Source: Alphaproteobacteria bacterium (GTDB taxonomy: Bacteria > Pseudomonadota > Alphaproteobacteria > UBA9219 > RGZA01). Taken from it: a stretch of DNA of 64,000 nucleotides. How positions within the stretch are numbered: the first letter of the stretch is position 1; every line of letters begins with the position of its first letter. This document shows, in pieces, positions 1-9,272 of the stretch. The notes below the pieces were generated by a model. That model was given only the letters and a program-made list of their open reading frames with translations. It had not been told where the DNA came from and did not search any database. A program made the position numbers and the translations under genes. The stretch covers positions 112,866-176,865 of the forward strand of contig JAYRWY010000016.1 in assembly GCA_041917755.1 (NCBI GenBank), written 5' to 3'.

Positions 1-1618
1 GAATGATGGCGCAGGATCTGCAGGTGCAGGTTGGGTTGAAGCGGGTTCATACTTCCTGCAACTAGCGGCCGGCGGTAGTAACCGCGTATCGGGTACAGAT
101 ACCTTACCGATTATTACTGGCCCCAAATCCGAACTTATACGTCCTGAAAACGTTCAACAGGCATTCTTTAAAATGGCCGAATGGATTGTTGGAAAATATG
201 TGTCGCACATATCGGGTGGTGGCGCTGTATCCAACATGATTGGTAATACCGTTGCCGGCCGTAAATTTGTCGACTTGCTATTATTATTTATGGATCAGCT
301 AGGTGTCGTTTCTGGCTTATGGTCACCTGGAAGTGTCGCCTTCTATATTGATCTGGGGAATAGTCCGCTCGCAGAGCTGGTGGATTTGGGTCACCGGATG
401 ATCCGAACGTCGCTGGATTGCGTGGGCGCCGCCGTTGACCTTGGCGTGAATGAACCGCAACACGCCATGTATTCATCGCAGGTTGCGAGCAAGGAAAGCA
501 AAGCGTTTGGTCCAAAAGCCGGATTATTCTGGGCACAGATGGCTATTCCGGTACTATCCGCCTTTGCAAGTACATTGATGACGATGGGTGTGCTTATCGG
601 GATATTCACACCGATGTTACCGTTCATGAAGTTTGTATTGTCGGTGATGACGTGGCTGGCATTGGTTGTGGAATCCCTTGTCTGCGCGCCACTTTTGGCA
701 CTCGCTTACCTGACACCTTATGGCGAAGGTTTTGCCGGACAGAAAGTCGAGCCGAGCTATCACATCATCATCCATACCTTCTTAAGGCCGGTGATGACGA
801 TCTTTGGTCTGATTGCATCCATCTTGCTGTTTAATATCGCGGCGCATTTAGTCACCACATTCTATCAAGCGATTACATCAAGTGCGGGTGCGTTTAAAGG
901 TGGTATGTATGTCGTTGCCAAGATTGCATTTGGTAATATGTATGTGTCGATGCTGTACACCTGCTTGAACATGGCACTGAAGGTAATGGATACGTTCGCC
1001 AAGCACGCAACGCGCTGGATTGGTGGTAACAGCCATGAAGAAAATATGGGCGATGCCGCACAAACCATTCAGATGGCAGAAAAAGGTACAGCCATGTTGG
1101 GTCAACTTGCTGGTTCACTTGGCGGTGCCGCTTTGAGTGCTGGTAACACCATGGCGCATGGTAATGCACACGGTTCTGCAGGTGGCGGTGGCCGCAGTGG
1201 ACAAGCCGGCGCCAATGCACGCCAAATGACCGCACCTCAAGGACCAGCACGTTCGCCTGCTGCAGCTGCACCAGCTCCAGCACCTGCTCCGGCACCAGCG
1301 CCTGCGCCTGCTCCGGAACCGGCGGCTCCAGCTCTACCTGCGCCTTCACCTGATCCAGCGGCACCTATTGCAGCTCCGAACGTTGAACAAGGCGTGCAAG
1401 CTGCTGCTGCACAGCATGCACCGCCCGCATCTGCTGGCCCGCAAGCTGCACAACAATTCAGTCAAGCACTTAGTGGTATTAATGCGCTAGGAACCATTTC
1501 AAACCCTGCGCAAGCAGCGGCGGCTGCTAATGCTGTGACCTCACATCTAACTGCCCATCCAAATGACGTGCGTGGAGCTATTCAGGCCGGTCACCAAGCA
1601 CGCTTGAATATCCCATAA
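1..1618 (+). CDS. dotA: DotA/TraY family type IVB secretion inner-membrane protein, 5'-truncated by the window edge
   Basis: Frame is open from base 2 (NDGAGSAGAGWVEAGSYFLQL, a GWxxAGsyf motif). It continues through PLAELVDLGH, TPMLPFMKF..WL..VESLVCAPLLAL, GEGFAG and FLRPVMTIFGL to RWIGG, the DotA/TraY C-terminal membrane signature as I recall it. A Pro/Ala-rich tail follows. Confidence 0.85.
   Translation, partial: NDGAGSAGAGWVEAGSYFLQLAAGGSNRVSGTDTLPIITGPKSELIRPENVQQAFFKMAEWIVGKYVSHISGGGAVSNMIGNTVAGRKFVDLLLLFMDQLGVVSGLWSPGSVAFYIDLGNSPLAELVDLGHRMIRTSLDCVGAAVDLGVNEPQHAMYSSQVASKESKAFGPKAGLFWAQMAIPVLSAFASTLMTMGVLIGIFTPMLPFMKFVLSVMTWLALVVESLVCAPLLALAYLTPYGEGFAGQKVEPSYHIIIHTFLRPVMTIFGLIASILLFNIAAHLVTTFYQAITSSAGAFKGGMYVVAKIAFGNMYVSMLYTCLNMALKVMDTFAKHATRWIGGNSHEENMGDAAQTIQMAEKGTAMLGQLAGSLGGAALSAGNTMAHGNAHGSAGGGGRSGQAGANARQMTAPQGPARSPAAAAPAPAPAPAPAPAPAPEPAAPALPAPSPDPAAPIAAPNVEQGVQAAAAQHAPPASAGPQAAQQFSQALSGINALGTISNPAQAAAAANAVTSHLTAHPNDVRGAIQAGHQARLNIP
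1258..1375 (+). repeat. Low-complexity (Pro-Ala)n coding repeat in the DotA tail
   Basis: Translates to PAAAAPAPAPAPAPAPAPAPEPAAPALPAPSPDPAAPIAAP. Codons are degenerate, so the repeat is at protein level. Confidence 0.9.
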
Positions 1619-1675
1619 CCTTGCCTTTTAAATTCTAAGCTTTACCGACAACCCCAAAAACGATAAGATAGCATC

Positions 1676-2113
1676 ATGTTTGGAACCAATTTTGACCCAT
1701 TCAATCAGCAGCCCGGCGGCCCGTTTAAAGGCCGTGGTCCGATTGCAGGCATTCCGACCGGAAATCAAAAAGAAAAATCGCAGACCGGTAAAATTCTTCG
1801 CTTTATGTTCAACCCTGAACTGGGTGAAGACCTGAAAAACATGCGTGGGCAGCATGGGCATTTTTTAAAGCTCATCTCCAACCTGTTTTTGCAAACCGGT
1901 CTTGTTGATGCATCCTATATCGGGTTTGTTGATCCAAATCAGCTGGGATTGATATCTCTTATTAAAGAAGCACGTAAAAATCTTCGCTTCACCCGCGAAG
2001 GCTTGCCGCAGGTTCTATTATTTTTTGCCTTCGTTGGCAGCTTGGCCGTTGTGGGACTATCGGTTATTTTCTTTATTCTGGCGCTGGGTACCAATCCAGG
2101 CGGGCATCGATAA
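1676..2113 (+). CDS. Hypothetical membrane protein (145 aa, C-terminal TM), possibly DotA-associated
   Basis: Same strand as dotA, 57 bp downstream. Hydrophobic C-terminal segment VLLFFAFVGSLAVVGLSVIFFILAL. Confidence 0.7.
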   Translation: MFGTNFDPFNQQPGGPFKGRGPIAGIPTGNQKEKSQTGKILRFMFNPELGEDLKNMRGQHGHFLKLISNLFLQTGLVDASYIGFVDPNQLGLISLIKEARKNLRFTREGLPQVLLFFAFVGSLAVVGLSVIFFILALGTNPGGHR

Positions 2114-2249
2114 GCCTTATCATTAATCCTTAAATTATAGCTGTAACCATAGCGACTCCTATTGCTATAGGCTTGTTTGTGGTTTGTTTGGCTTGCCCAT
2201 GTGTAACCCCCTTGCATGGGGCGATAAATCACGCTATTTCAAGGCCATC

Positions 2250-2264
2250 TTTTGCAGTGCAAAA
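2250..2264. promoter_or_regulatory. Perfect 7-1-7 dyad TTTTGCA-G-TGCAAAA upstream of sucC (PhaR-like operator candidate)
   Basis: Dyad is seen directly. Its resemblance to TGC-N3-GCA PhaR sites is recalled, not tested. Confidence 0.35.
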
Positions 2265-2317
2265 CAACGTTTTGACTGCCTACTTATTATAAGTTCTTCA
2301 ACCGATAGGCCGAACCA

Positions 2318-3490
2318 ATGAACATTCATGAATACCAAGCCAAAGAACTCCTCCGCCGTTATGGCGTAAACGTGCCCCGTGGCGGCGCTGCATTCACTGT
2401 AGAAGAAGCAGAAAAGGTTGCCAAGGATTTGGGCGGTTCATTATGGGTAGTGAAATCACAAATCCATGCAGGCGGTCGCGGTAAAGCCGGCGGTGTAAAA
2501 GTTGTAAAGAGCATCGATGCTGTGAAACTTGAAGCGCAACGCATGTTGGGCATGACCCTTGTAACACACCAGACAGGCCCCAAGGGACAAAAAGTTGGCC
2601 GTATTTACATTGAAGAAGGTTGCGATATTAAGCGCGAACTTTATTTAGGTCTTCTGGTTGATCGTGCAACCAGCCGCGTAACCGTGATGGCATCCACCGA
2701 AGGCGGTATGGACATCGAAGAAGTTGCAGCAAAGCATCCAGAAAAAATCCAGAAATTCTCCATTGACCCAGCCACCGGCATGCAAGCATTCCATGCGCGC
2801 AAAGTTGCATTTGGTCTTGGACTTGAAGGCGCGCAGGTCAATAACTGCGTGAAATTCCTGCTTGGTATGTGGAAAGCATTCAACGAGCTGGATTGCGCCA
2901 TTGTTGAAATCAACCCGCTGGTTGTAACCGGTGCAGGCGATGTGATTGCCCTTGATGCAAAGGTAAACTTCGATGACAACTCGCTCTTCCGTCAAAAGGA
3001 AGTGTCGGGTATGCGCGATGAAACCGAAGAAGATCCAGCAGAATTGGAAGCAACCAAGAACGACCTGAACTATGTAAAACTCGATGGCAACATCGGCTGC
3101 ATGGTGAACGGTGCAGGCCTTGCTATGGCCACCATGGATATCGTGAAGCTGTATGGCGGCGAACCAGCCAACTTCCTCGATGTGGGCGGCGGCGCAACCA
3201 AGGAACGCGTGACCAAGGCATTCAAGATTATTCTTTCCGATAAGAACGTGAAGGGAATTTTCGTGAACATTTTCGGCGGCATTATGCGCTGCGATATTAT
3301 TGCAGATGGCATCATCGAAGCCTCGAAGGAAGTAAAGCTGAGCGTGCCATTGGTGGTGCGCCTTGAAGGTACCAACGTCGATTTGGGTAAAAAGATGCTC
3401 GCGGAAAGTGGCTTGCCGATTGTTGCCGGCGACAACCTCTCTGATGGCGCAAAGAAAATCGTCGCTGCTATTTCAAAAAAAGCTGCTTAA
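2318..3490 (+). CDS. sucC: Succinyl-CoA synthetase beta subunit
   Basis: [58 protein letters not shown]. Confidence 0.99.
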   Translation: MNIHEYQAKELLRRYGVNVPRGGAAFTVEEAEKVAKDLGGSLWVVKSQIHAGGRGKAGGVKVVKSIDAVKLEAQRMLGMTLVTHQTGPKGQKVGRIYIEEGCDIKRELYLGLLVDRATSRVTVMASTEGGMDIEEVAAKHPEKIQKFSIDPATGMQAFHARKVAFGLGLEGAQVNNCVKFLLGMWKAFNELDCAIVEINPLVVTGAGDVIALDAKVNFDDNSLFRQKEVSGMRDETEEDPAELEATKNDLNYVKLDGNIGCMVNGAGLAMATMDIVKLYGGEPANFLDVGGGATKERVTKAFKIILSDKNVKGIFVNIFGGIMRCDIIADGIIEASKEVKLSVPLVVRLEGTNVDLGKKMLAESGLPIVAGDNLSDGAKKIVAAISKKAA

Positions 3491-3515
3491 TCACTAGACT
3501 TTAAGGAATTCGATC

Positions 3516-4403
3516 ATGGCTGTTCTCGTAAATAAAGATACCAAAGTAATTTGTCAGGGTTTCACCGGCTCGCAAGGTACCTTCCACTCGCAGCAAGCGA
3601 TTGCGTATGGCACCAAGATGGTTGGCGGCGTAACCCCGGGTAAAGGTGGCGGCGTTCATCTTGACCTTCCTATTTTTGATACCGTGCATGAAGCCGTTTC
3701 AAAAACCGGCGCAAACGCATCGGTGATTTATGTTCCACCTCCATTCGCAGCCGATGCGATTTTGGAAGCAGTGGATGCAGAAATTCCATTAGTTGTTTGC
3801 ATCACCGAAGGTATTCCTGTTCTGGATATGGTGCGCGTAAAGCGTGGCCTGTCGGGCACCAAGACCCGTCTGATTGGACCAAACTGCCCAGGTATTATTA
3901 CCCCAGGCGAATGCAAGATTGGTATTATGCCGGGCCACATTCACATGCGCGGTAAAATCGGTATCGTGTCACGCTCTGGTACATTGACCTATGAAGCCGT
4001 TGCACAAACCACCGCTGCTGGCCTTGGCCAAACCACCTGCATCGGTATCGGCGGCGACCCAGTAAACGGTACCAACTTTGTTGACGCGCTTGACCTGTTC
4101 CTGAATGATCCTGAAACACAAGGCATCATCATGATTGGTGAAATCGGCGGTAGCGCAGAAGAAGAAGGCGCAGAATTCTACAAGCGCTCGAAGATCAAGA
4201 AACCAATCGCTGGCTTTATTGCCGGTGTAACGGCACCTCCGGGTCGCCGCATGGGCCATGCTGGCGCAATCATCTCGGGCGGCAAGGGTTCTGCTCAAGA
4301 CAAGATGGAAGCTATGCGCAGCGCAGGATTTGTTGTAACCGATAATCCAGCTAAGCTCGGCGAAACCATGCAGGCTGCCATGCAAGGTAAGAAAGCTGCT
4401 TAA
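3516..4403 (+). CDS. sucD: Succinyl-CoA synthetase alpha subunit
   Basis: [36 protein letters not shown] (phospho-His). Confidence 0.99.
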   Translation: MAVLVNKDTKVICQGFTGSQGTFHSQQAIAYGTKMVGGVTPGKGGGVHLDLPIFDTVHEAVSKTGANASVIYVPPPFAADAILEAVDAEIPLVVCITEGIPVLDMVRVKRGLSGTKTRLIGPNCPGIITPGECKIGIMPGHIHMRGKIGIVSRSGTLTYEAVAQTTAAGLGQTTCIGIGGDPVNGTNFVDALDLFLNDPETQGIIMIGEIGGSAEEEGAEFYKRSKIKKPIAGFIAGVTAPPGRRMGHAGAIISGGKGSAQDKMEAMRSAGFVVTDNPAKLGETMQAAMQGKKAA

Positions 4404-4433
4404 TACATAGCGCGACTGCGCTATTCCAAACAC

Positions 4434-4472
4434 AAAAATCCCCGCTTGGAAATATCCAGCGGGGATTTTTTT
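4434..4472 (+). terminator. Intrinsic terminator after sucD
   Basis: AAAAATCCCCGCT-loop-AGCGGGGATTTTTTT. Confidence 0.9.
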
Positions 4473-4500
4473 ATGGGCACATGGATGATGGGCATCAGAT

Positions 4501-4545
4501 AAAACAAAGAAGGCAGCCTTGTGTCGCCTAGAGCGAGCTGCCTTC
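4501..4545 (-). terminator. Minus-strand intrinsic terminator downstream of the 22-aa ORF
   Basis: Stem GAAGGCAGC (4509-4517) / GCTGCCTTC (4537-4545). On the minus strand it is followed by TTTGTTTT. Confidence 0.75.
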
Positions 4546-4593
4546 CTAATTTTATCTCAAAACGCCTCGTTCGTAGTGGTCGCTAATCGTAGC

Positions 4594-4662
4594 TTAATGC
4601 ATTACGAAATAGCCAATAACGCCAACTACTAGAACTACGATGAAAAGTACTTCCTTTTTCAT
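4594..4662 (-). CDS. Unannotated 22-aa single-TM microprotein MKKEVLFIVVLVVGVIGYFVMH
   Basis: Translated by hand, below the ORF-track cutoff. ATG at 4662 and TAA at 4594-4596. SD-like AAAGGGAGAG 5 nt upstream, basic N-terminus followed by a hydrophobic helix, and a dedicated terminator. Confidence 0.75.
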   Translation of the reverse strand: MKKEVLFIVVLVVGVIGYFVMH

Positions 4663-4714
4663 AACCGCTCTCCCTTTGGTGTGCCCAACAAACCGCATGG
4701 CTTGTTACAGGATG

Positions 4715-4746
4715 ATTATCCCATAACACGCTTAAACCGCTGTTAA
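4715..4746 (-). promoter_or_regulatory. CtrA-type box TTAA-N7-TTAA (4732-4746) with an extended -10 (TGgGATAAT) 11 nt downstream, facing the microprotein
   Basis: Minus strand reads TTAA CAGCGGT TTAA GCGTGTTATGG GATAAT. The box straddles the expected -35 position. Confidence 0.55.
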
Positions 4747-4929
4747 GCGGGCGGCCAGCAAGGCGCATTGCTGCACAGCATGATGTGCGCTGCGATAAAA
4801 CCAACAGCGAGATAGTTCAATGTTTTAGCGGGTTTTAGGGGTTATTCCTCTCGCAATTGCAAAGCCAGATAACTTCTTGCTATGCTGTGCGTTCATTTAC
4901 AAACCGCTTTTTATGGACAGGCAGAACAC

Positions 4930-7836
4930 ATGTCGCAGTCGAATACGCAGATGGCAAATTTCTCGTTTCTTTTTGGCACCAACGCCGACTTTATCGGCGA
5001 ACTATATGAGCGCTACCTGGCTGATAGCAGCAGCGTTGACCCAAGCTGGCAGAGCTTTTTTTCCGAATTAAAAGATGACGCGCCAAACATCGCCAAAGAA
5101 TTGCGCGGTGCAAGCTGGGATAAACAAACCAGTAAAAAAGTGATTGGCGTGAAAATTGATATGCCTGCACCTGCCAAGGGCGCAAAGGGCGATGCAAAAC
5201 CAGCAGCTGCTGCTAACACCAGCGTTGATGCCCAAGAAGTTGCACGTCAATCAGTGCGCGCGTTAATGATGATCCGCGCCCACCGCGCGGTAGGTCACAT
5301 GATGGCCAATCTTGATCCACTGGGTATCAAAGTGCCTACGCCGATTGCCGAACTCGAGCCATCTTTCTGGGGCTTTGCACCTGAAGATATGGATAAGCCA
5401 ATCTTTATTGATGGTGTGCTTGGCCTGCAGACTGCAACGTTAAAAGAAATTTTGAATGTATGCCGCAGCACCTATTGCCGCAGCGTGGGTTATGAATTCA
5501 TTCACGTACAAAACCACGACCAAAAACAATGGCTGCAATCGCACATTGAAAATACTGTTCCATCCTTCAATAAGGCTGGCAAGACCACCATTTTAGAACA
5601 ACTGACCAAGGCCGAAAGCTTTGAAAAGTTCTTGGCAGTCAAATTCCCTGGCACCAAGCGCTTTGGATTGGAAGGCGGCGAGTCCACCATTCCGGCTATT
5701 CACACCATCTTGGAACGCGCAGCAGATTTAGGCGTGAAAGAAGTTGTGTTTGGTATGGCCCACCGCGGTCGTCTTAATGTGCTGACCAATATTTTGGGTA
5801 AATCCTACACCGCGATGTTTGCAGAATTCCAAGGTACACCTGCTTATCCTGAATCCGTTCAAGGTTCGGGCGACGTGAAGTACCATATGGGTCTTTCCAA
5901 AGACCGTGAATTCAACGGCAAGACCGTGCATCTCACACTCTCCCCTAACCCATCCCATCTTGAATTCGTCAACCCCGTTGTCATGGGCCGTGTACGCGCC
6001 AAGCAACAACAACGCGCGGGTAAAACCAGCAATCTGGAAGATAAGGATTTTAACAGCGTCGTTGGCATTTTGATGCATGGCGACGCCGCGTTTGCTGGTC
6101 AAGGTGTGGTTGCAGAAACCATGGAATTGATGGAGCTGAAAGGTTATCGCACCGGCGGTACCATTCACATCGTCATCAATAACCAAGTAGGCTTTACCAC
6201 CAACCCAGAATATTCCAAGTCATCCTACTATTGCTCCGACATTGCTAAAAAAGTTCAAGCACCAGTATTCCATGTGAACGGTGATGATCCAGAAGCAGTG
6301 GCGCATGTTGCAAAAATTGCGATGGATTACCGCCAAGAATTCAAGCAAGACGTGGTGATGGACATTGTGTGCTATCGCCGCCAAGGCCATAACGAAGGTG
6401 ACGAACCCGCATTCACCCAGCCACGCATGTATAAGGTGATTAAAAACCTGACCACCACGCGTGAATTATATGCGCGCAAATTGGTTGCCGAAGGTAGCCT
6501 GACCCAAGAAGAAACCGACAAGATCCAAAATGATTTTGTCGCTGGTCTTGAAAAAGACTTTGCATCATCCCCAAGCTATAAGCCCAACAAGGCTGAATGG
6601 TTGGAAGGCCAATGGTCGGGCCTTGAAGTTGCATCAGGTGAAGATCGCAGCGGCAACACCGCCGTTGACCTCACTGTATTGCGTGAAATCGGCAAGAGCA
6701 TTTCATCATGGCCGCAAGGTTTTGATATCAACCCGAAAATCGCCAAGCAGCTGGAAGCACGTTTGCAAGCCACCAGCACCGGCGAAGGTATTGATTGGGG
6801 TACAGCAGAAGCACTCGCATTCGGCGCATTACTGATTGAAGGAACGCCTGTGCGTTTATCCGGCCAGGATTGCGGCCGTGGTACATTCTCGCAGCGTCAC
6901 TCGGTGCTGGTCGATCAAACCAATGAAAACCGTCATGTTCCGCTCAGCCATTTGCGTGAAGGCAAACAATCCACTTATGAAGTGATTGATAGCCCGCTGT
7001 CCGAAACATCGGTGCTTGGCTTTGAATATGGCTATGCGCTTGCTGAACCACACGCCTTGGTGATGTGGGAAGGCCAGTTTGGTGACTTTGCCAACGGCGC
7101 GCAGGTGATTATCGATCAGTTCATCGCATCATCGGAAACGAAGTGGTTGCGTATGTCCGGTCTTACCCTGCTTCTGCCACACGGCTATGAAGGACAAGGT
7201 CCAGAGCATTCATCAGCGCGTCTTGAACGTTTCTTGCAACTATCGGCAGAAGATAATTGGCAAGTTGCCAATTGCACCACGCCCGCAAACTACTTCCATA
7301 TTTTGCGTCGCCAAATCCGCCGTCCATTCCGCAAGCCACTTATTTTGATGACGCCAAAATCACTCCTGCGTCACAAGATGTGCGTGTCATCGCTTGCCGA
7401 TATGGGCCCTGGCACCAAGTTCCAGCGCGTAATTGGCGAAACCAATACCAATCTGGTGGAAGATAAGAAAATTCGCCGCGTGGTATTGTGCACCGGTAAA
7501 GTCTATTACGATCTGGTGGCTGAACGTGATGCACGCGGTATCAAGGATATTGCGATTGTCCGCGTGGAAGAACTGTATCCATTCCCTGCCAAGCCATTGG
7601 CGGAGCAGTTCAAGCGTTACTCCAAGGCGGAAGTGGTATGGTGCCAAGAAGAACCCGCGAATATGGGTGCGTGGTTCTTCGTTGATCGCAAGATTGAAGC
7701 GGTACTCAATGATTGTGGCCGCAAGGAACGCCCAAGCTATGTGGGCCGCGTGGAAGCCGCATCCCCTGCAACCGGTTACCTGAAACGTCACAACAAGGAA
7801 CAAGCCGAGTTGATTGATAAGGCGCTTGGTAAGTAA
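4930..7836 (+). CDS. sucA: 2-oxoglutarate dehydrogenase E1
   Basis: KRFGLEGGE, GMAHRGRLN, GDVKYH, HGDAAFAGQG, YEGQGPEHSSARLERFLQ. Start moved from the track's 4882 to the ATG at 4930. Confidence 0.99.
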   Translation: MSQSNTQMANFSFLFGTNADFIGELYERYLADSSSVDPSWQSFFSELKDDAPNIAKELRGASWDKQTSKKVIGVKIDMPAPAKGAKGDAKPAAAANTSVDAQEVARQSVRALMMIRAHRAVGHMMANLDPLGIKVPTPIAELEPSFWGFAPEDMDKPIFIDGVLGLQTATLKEILNVCRSTYCRSVGYEFIHVQNHDQKQWLQSHIENTVPSFNKAGKTTILEQLTKAESFEKFLAVKFPGTKRFGLEGGESTIPAIHTILERAADLGVKEVVFGMAHRGRLNVLTNILGKSYTAMFAEFQGTPAYPESVQGSGDVKYHMGLSKDREFNGKTVHLTLSPNPSHLEFVNPVVMGRVRAKQQQRAGKTSNLEDKDFNSVVGILMHGDAAFAGQGVVAETMELMELKGYRTGGTIHIVINNQVGFTTNPEYSKSSYYCSDIAKKVQAPVFHVNGDDPEAVAHVAKIAMDYRQEFKQDVVMDIVCYRRQGHNEGDEPAFTQPRMYKVIKNLTTTRELYARKLVAEGSLTQEETDKIQNDFVAGLEKDFASSPSYKPNKAEWLEGQWSGLEVASGEDRSGNTAVDLTVLREIGKSISSWPQGFDINPKIAKQLEARLQATSTGEGIDWGTAEALAFGALLIEGTPVRLSGQDCGRGTFSQRHSVLVDQTNENRHVPLSHLREGKQSTYEVIDSPLSETSVLGFEYGYALAEPHALVMWEGQFGDFANGAQVIIDQFIASSETKWLRMSGLTLLLPHGYEGQGPEHSSARLERFLQLSAEDNWQVANCTTPANYFHILRRQIRRPFRKPLILMTPKSLLRHKMCVSSLADMGPGTKFQRVIGETNTNLVEDKKIRRVVLCTGKVYYDLVAERDARGIKDIAIVRVEELYPFPAKPLAEQFKRYSKAEVVWCQEEPANMGAWFFVDRKIEAVLNDCGRKERPSYVGRVEAASPATGYLKRHNKEQAELIDKALGK

Positions 7837-7863
7837 GGCTTACTACAAAATATTGATTTCGGG

Positions 7864-7891
7864 GGCGGTGCTGGTGCAAACCAGCGCCGCC
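7864..7891 (+). other. Strong GCAA-tetraloop hairpin between sucA and sucB
   Basis: GGCGGTGCTGGT-GCAA-ACCAGCGCCGCC, with no clear U-tract. Confidence 0.6.
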
Positions 7892-8037
7892 TTCGTGCAT
7901 TTGGGCATAACCACCCCTCCCGGCACCAATCGATAAGGCCAATGGATAAAGCATTTCCTAAATTGGCTTGCGAAAATGCCTAATATTTAGGAATATGCGC
8001 CCTTCAGATCAGCCCTTTATGAAGGTGAGTTTTTCTT

Positions 8038-9246
8038 ATGCCTGTTGAAATTCGCGTACCCGCTCTTGGTGAATCCGTTTCCGAAGCTACCGTGGCCAAA
8101 TGGCTGAAAAAGGTTGGCGACGTTGTGAAGGTGGATGAGCCACTTGTAGAACTTGAAACCGATAAAGTTACTTTGGAAGTGAACGCATCCTCCGCTGGCG
8201 TCATTACCGAGATTGCAGTGCAGCAAGGCGGCAACGTTGCCGTTGGCGCGCTTCTTGGCACAATTGGCGAAGCCGACGCCGCTGCATTAAAAGCATCTGC
8301 TGCGAATGCAAATAAAACTGCTGCCCCTGCTGCTGCTCCTGTGGCCGCACCGGCCGCTGCTGCTGCTGCATCATCCACACAGCCACTATCCCCTGCTGTT
8401 CGCAAGATGACCGATGACAACAACATCAACGCAGCAGCAATTGGCACCGGCACCGGTAAAGATGGCCGCTTGACCAAGGAAGATGTTCAAAATTATATGG
8501 CCAAACCAGCCGCTGCGCCAAAGGCATCTGGCCCACGCGCACGCGCAGATTTGGAAGAACGCGTGAAGATGACGCGCCTTCGTCAACGTATCGCACAACG
8601 CCTGAAAGAGGCACAAAATACCGCCGCCATGCTCACCACTTTCAACGAAGTGGATATGGGCAACCTGATGGCGATGCGCAAGCAATACAACGAAACCTTT
8701 GAAAAGAAGCACGGCGTAAAGCTTGGCTTTATGTCATTGTTCGTGAAGGCTTGCATTCAAGCTCTCAAGGCATTGCCAGCCGTGAACGCCGAAATTGATG
8801 GCGATGAATTGGTATACAAGAACTACTACGATATCGGAGTTGCCGTTGGCACCGAAAACGGTTTGGTAGTTCCTGTCGTTCGCGATGCAGACCAGCTTGG
8901 TTTTGCCGACATTGAAAAAACCATCAGCAAGTTGGCCGTGAAAGCACGCGATGGTAAGTTGTCGATGGATGAACTGACCGGTGGTACGTTCACCATTACC
9001 AATGGCGGTATCTATGGTTCATTGATGAGCACACCGATTTTGAACCCGCCCCAATCCGGTATTTTGGGCATGCACAAAATTCAGGAACGCCCCATGGTCG
9101 TGAATGGCCAAGTGGTGGTGCGCCCGATGATGTATCTTGCACTTTCCTATGACCATCGCATTATCGATGGCCGCGAAGCGGTAACCTTCCTTGTGAAGGT
9201 TAAGGAATGCCTTGAAGATCCACAGCGTATGCTGCTCGACCTGTAA
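8038..9246 (+). CDS. sucB: Dihydrolipoamide succinyltransferase E2
   Basis: Lipoyl domain ELETDKVT, Ala/Pro linkers, [13 protein letters not shown], catalytic SYDHRIIDG. Confidence 0.99.
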   Translation: MPVEIRVPALGESVSEATVAKWLKKVGDVVKVDEPLVELETDKVTLEVNASSAGVITEIAVQQGGNVAVGALLGTIGEADAAALKASAANANKTAAPAAAPVAAPAAAAAASSTQPLSPAVRKMTDDNNINAAAIGTGTGKDGRLTKEDVQNYMAKPAAAPKASGPRARADLEERVKMTRLRQRIAQRLKEAQNTAAMLTTFNEVDMGNLMAMRKQYNETFEKKHGVKLGFMSLFVKACIQALKALPAVNAEIDGDELVYKNYYDIGVAVGTENGLVVPVVRDADQLGFADIEKTISKLAVKARDGKLSMDELTGGTFTITNGGIYGSLMSTPILNPPQSGILGMHKIQERPMVVNGQVVVRPMMYLALSYDHRIIDGREAVTFLVKVKECLEDPQRMLLDL

Positions 9247-9272
9247 TCGAACACCTTCCATAGGATACTATT

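Noticed and set aside
1258-1375. Short tandem repeats as a possible CRISPR or VNTR
   Set aside because: They are degenerate Pro-Ala codons inside an ORF, with no spacers or identical repeats.
4760-4929. Structured sucA leader RNA
   Set aside because: Known sucA motifs come from other proteobacterial groups. Only a 9-bp long-range complement is visible, which is more simply read as operator DNA.
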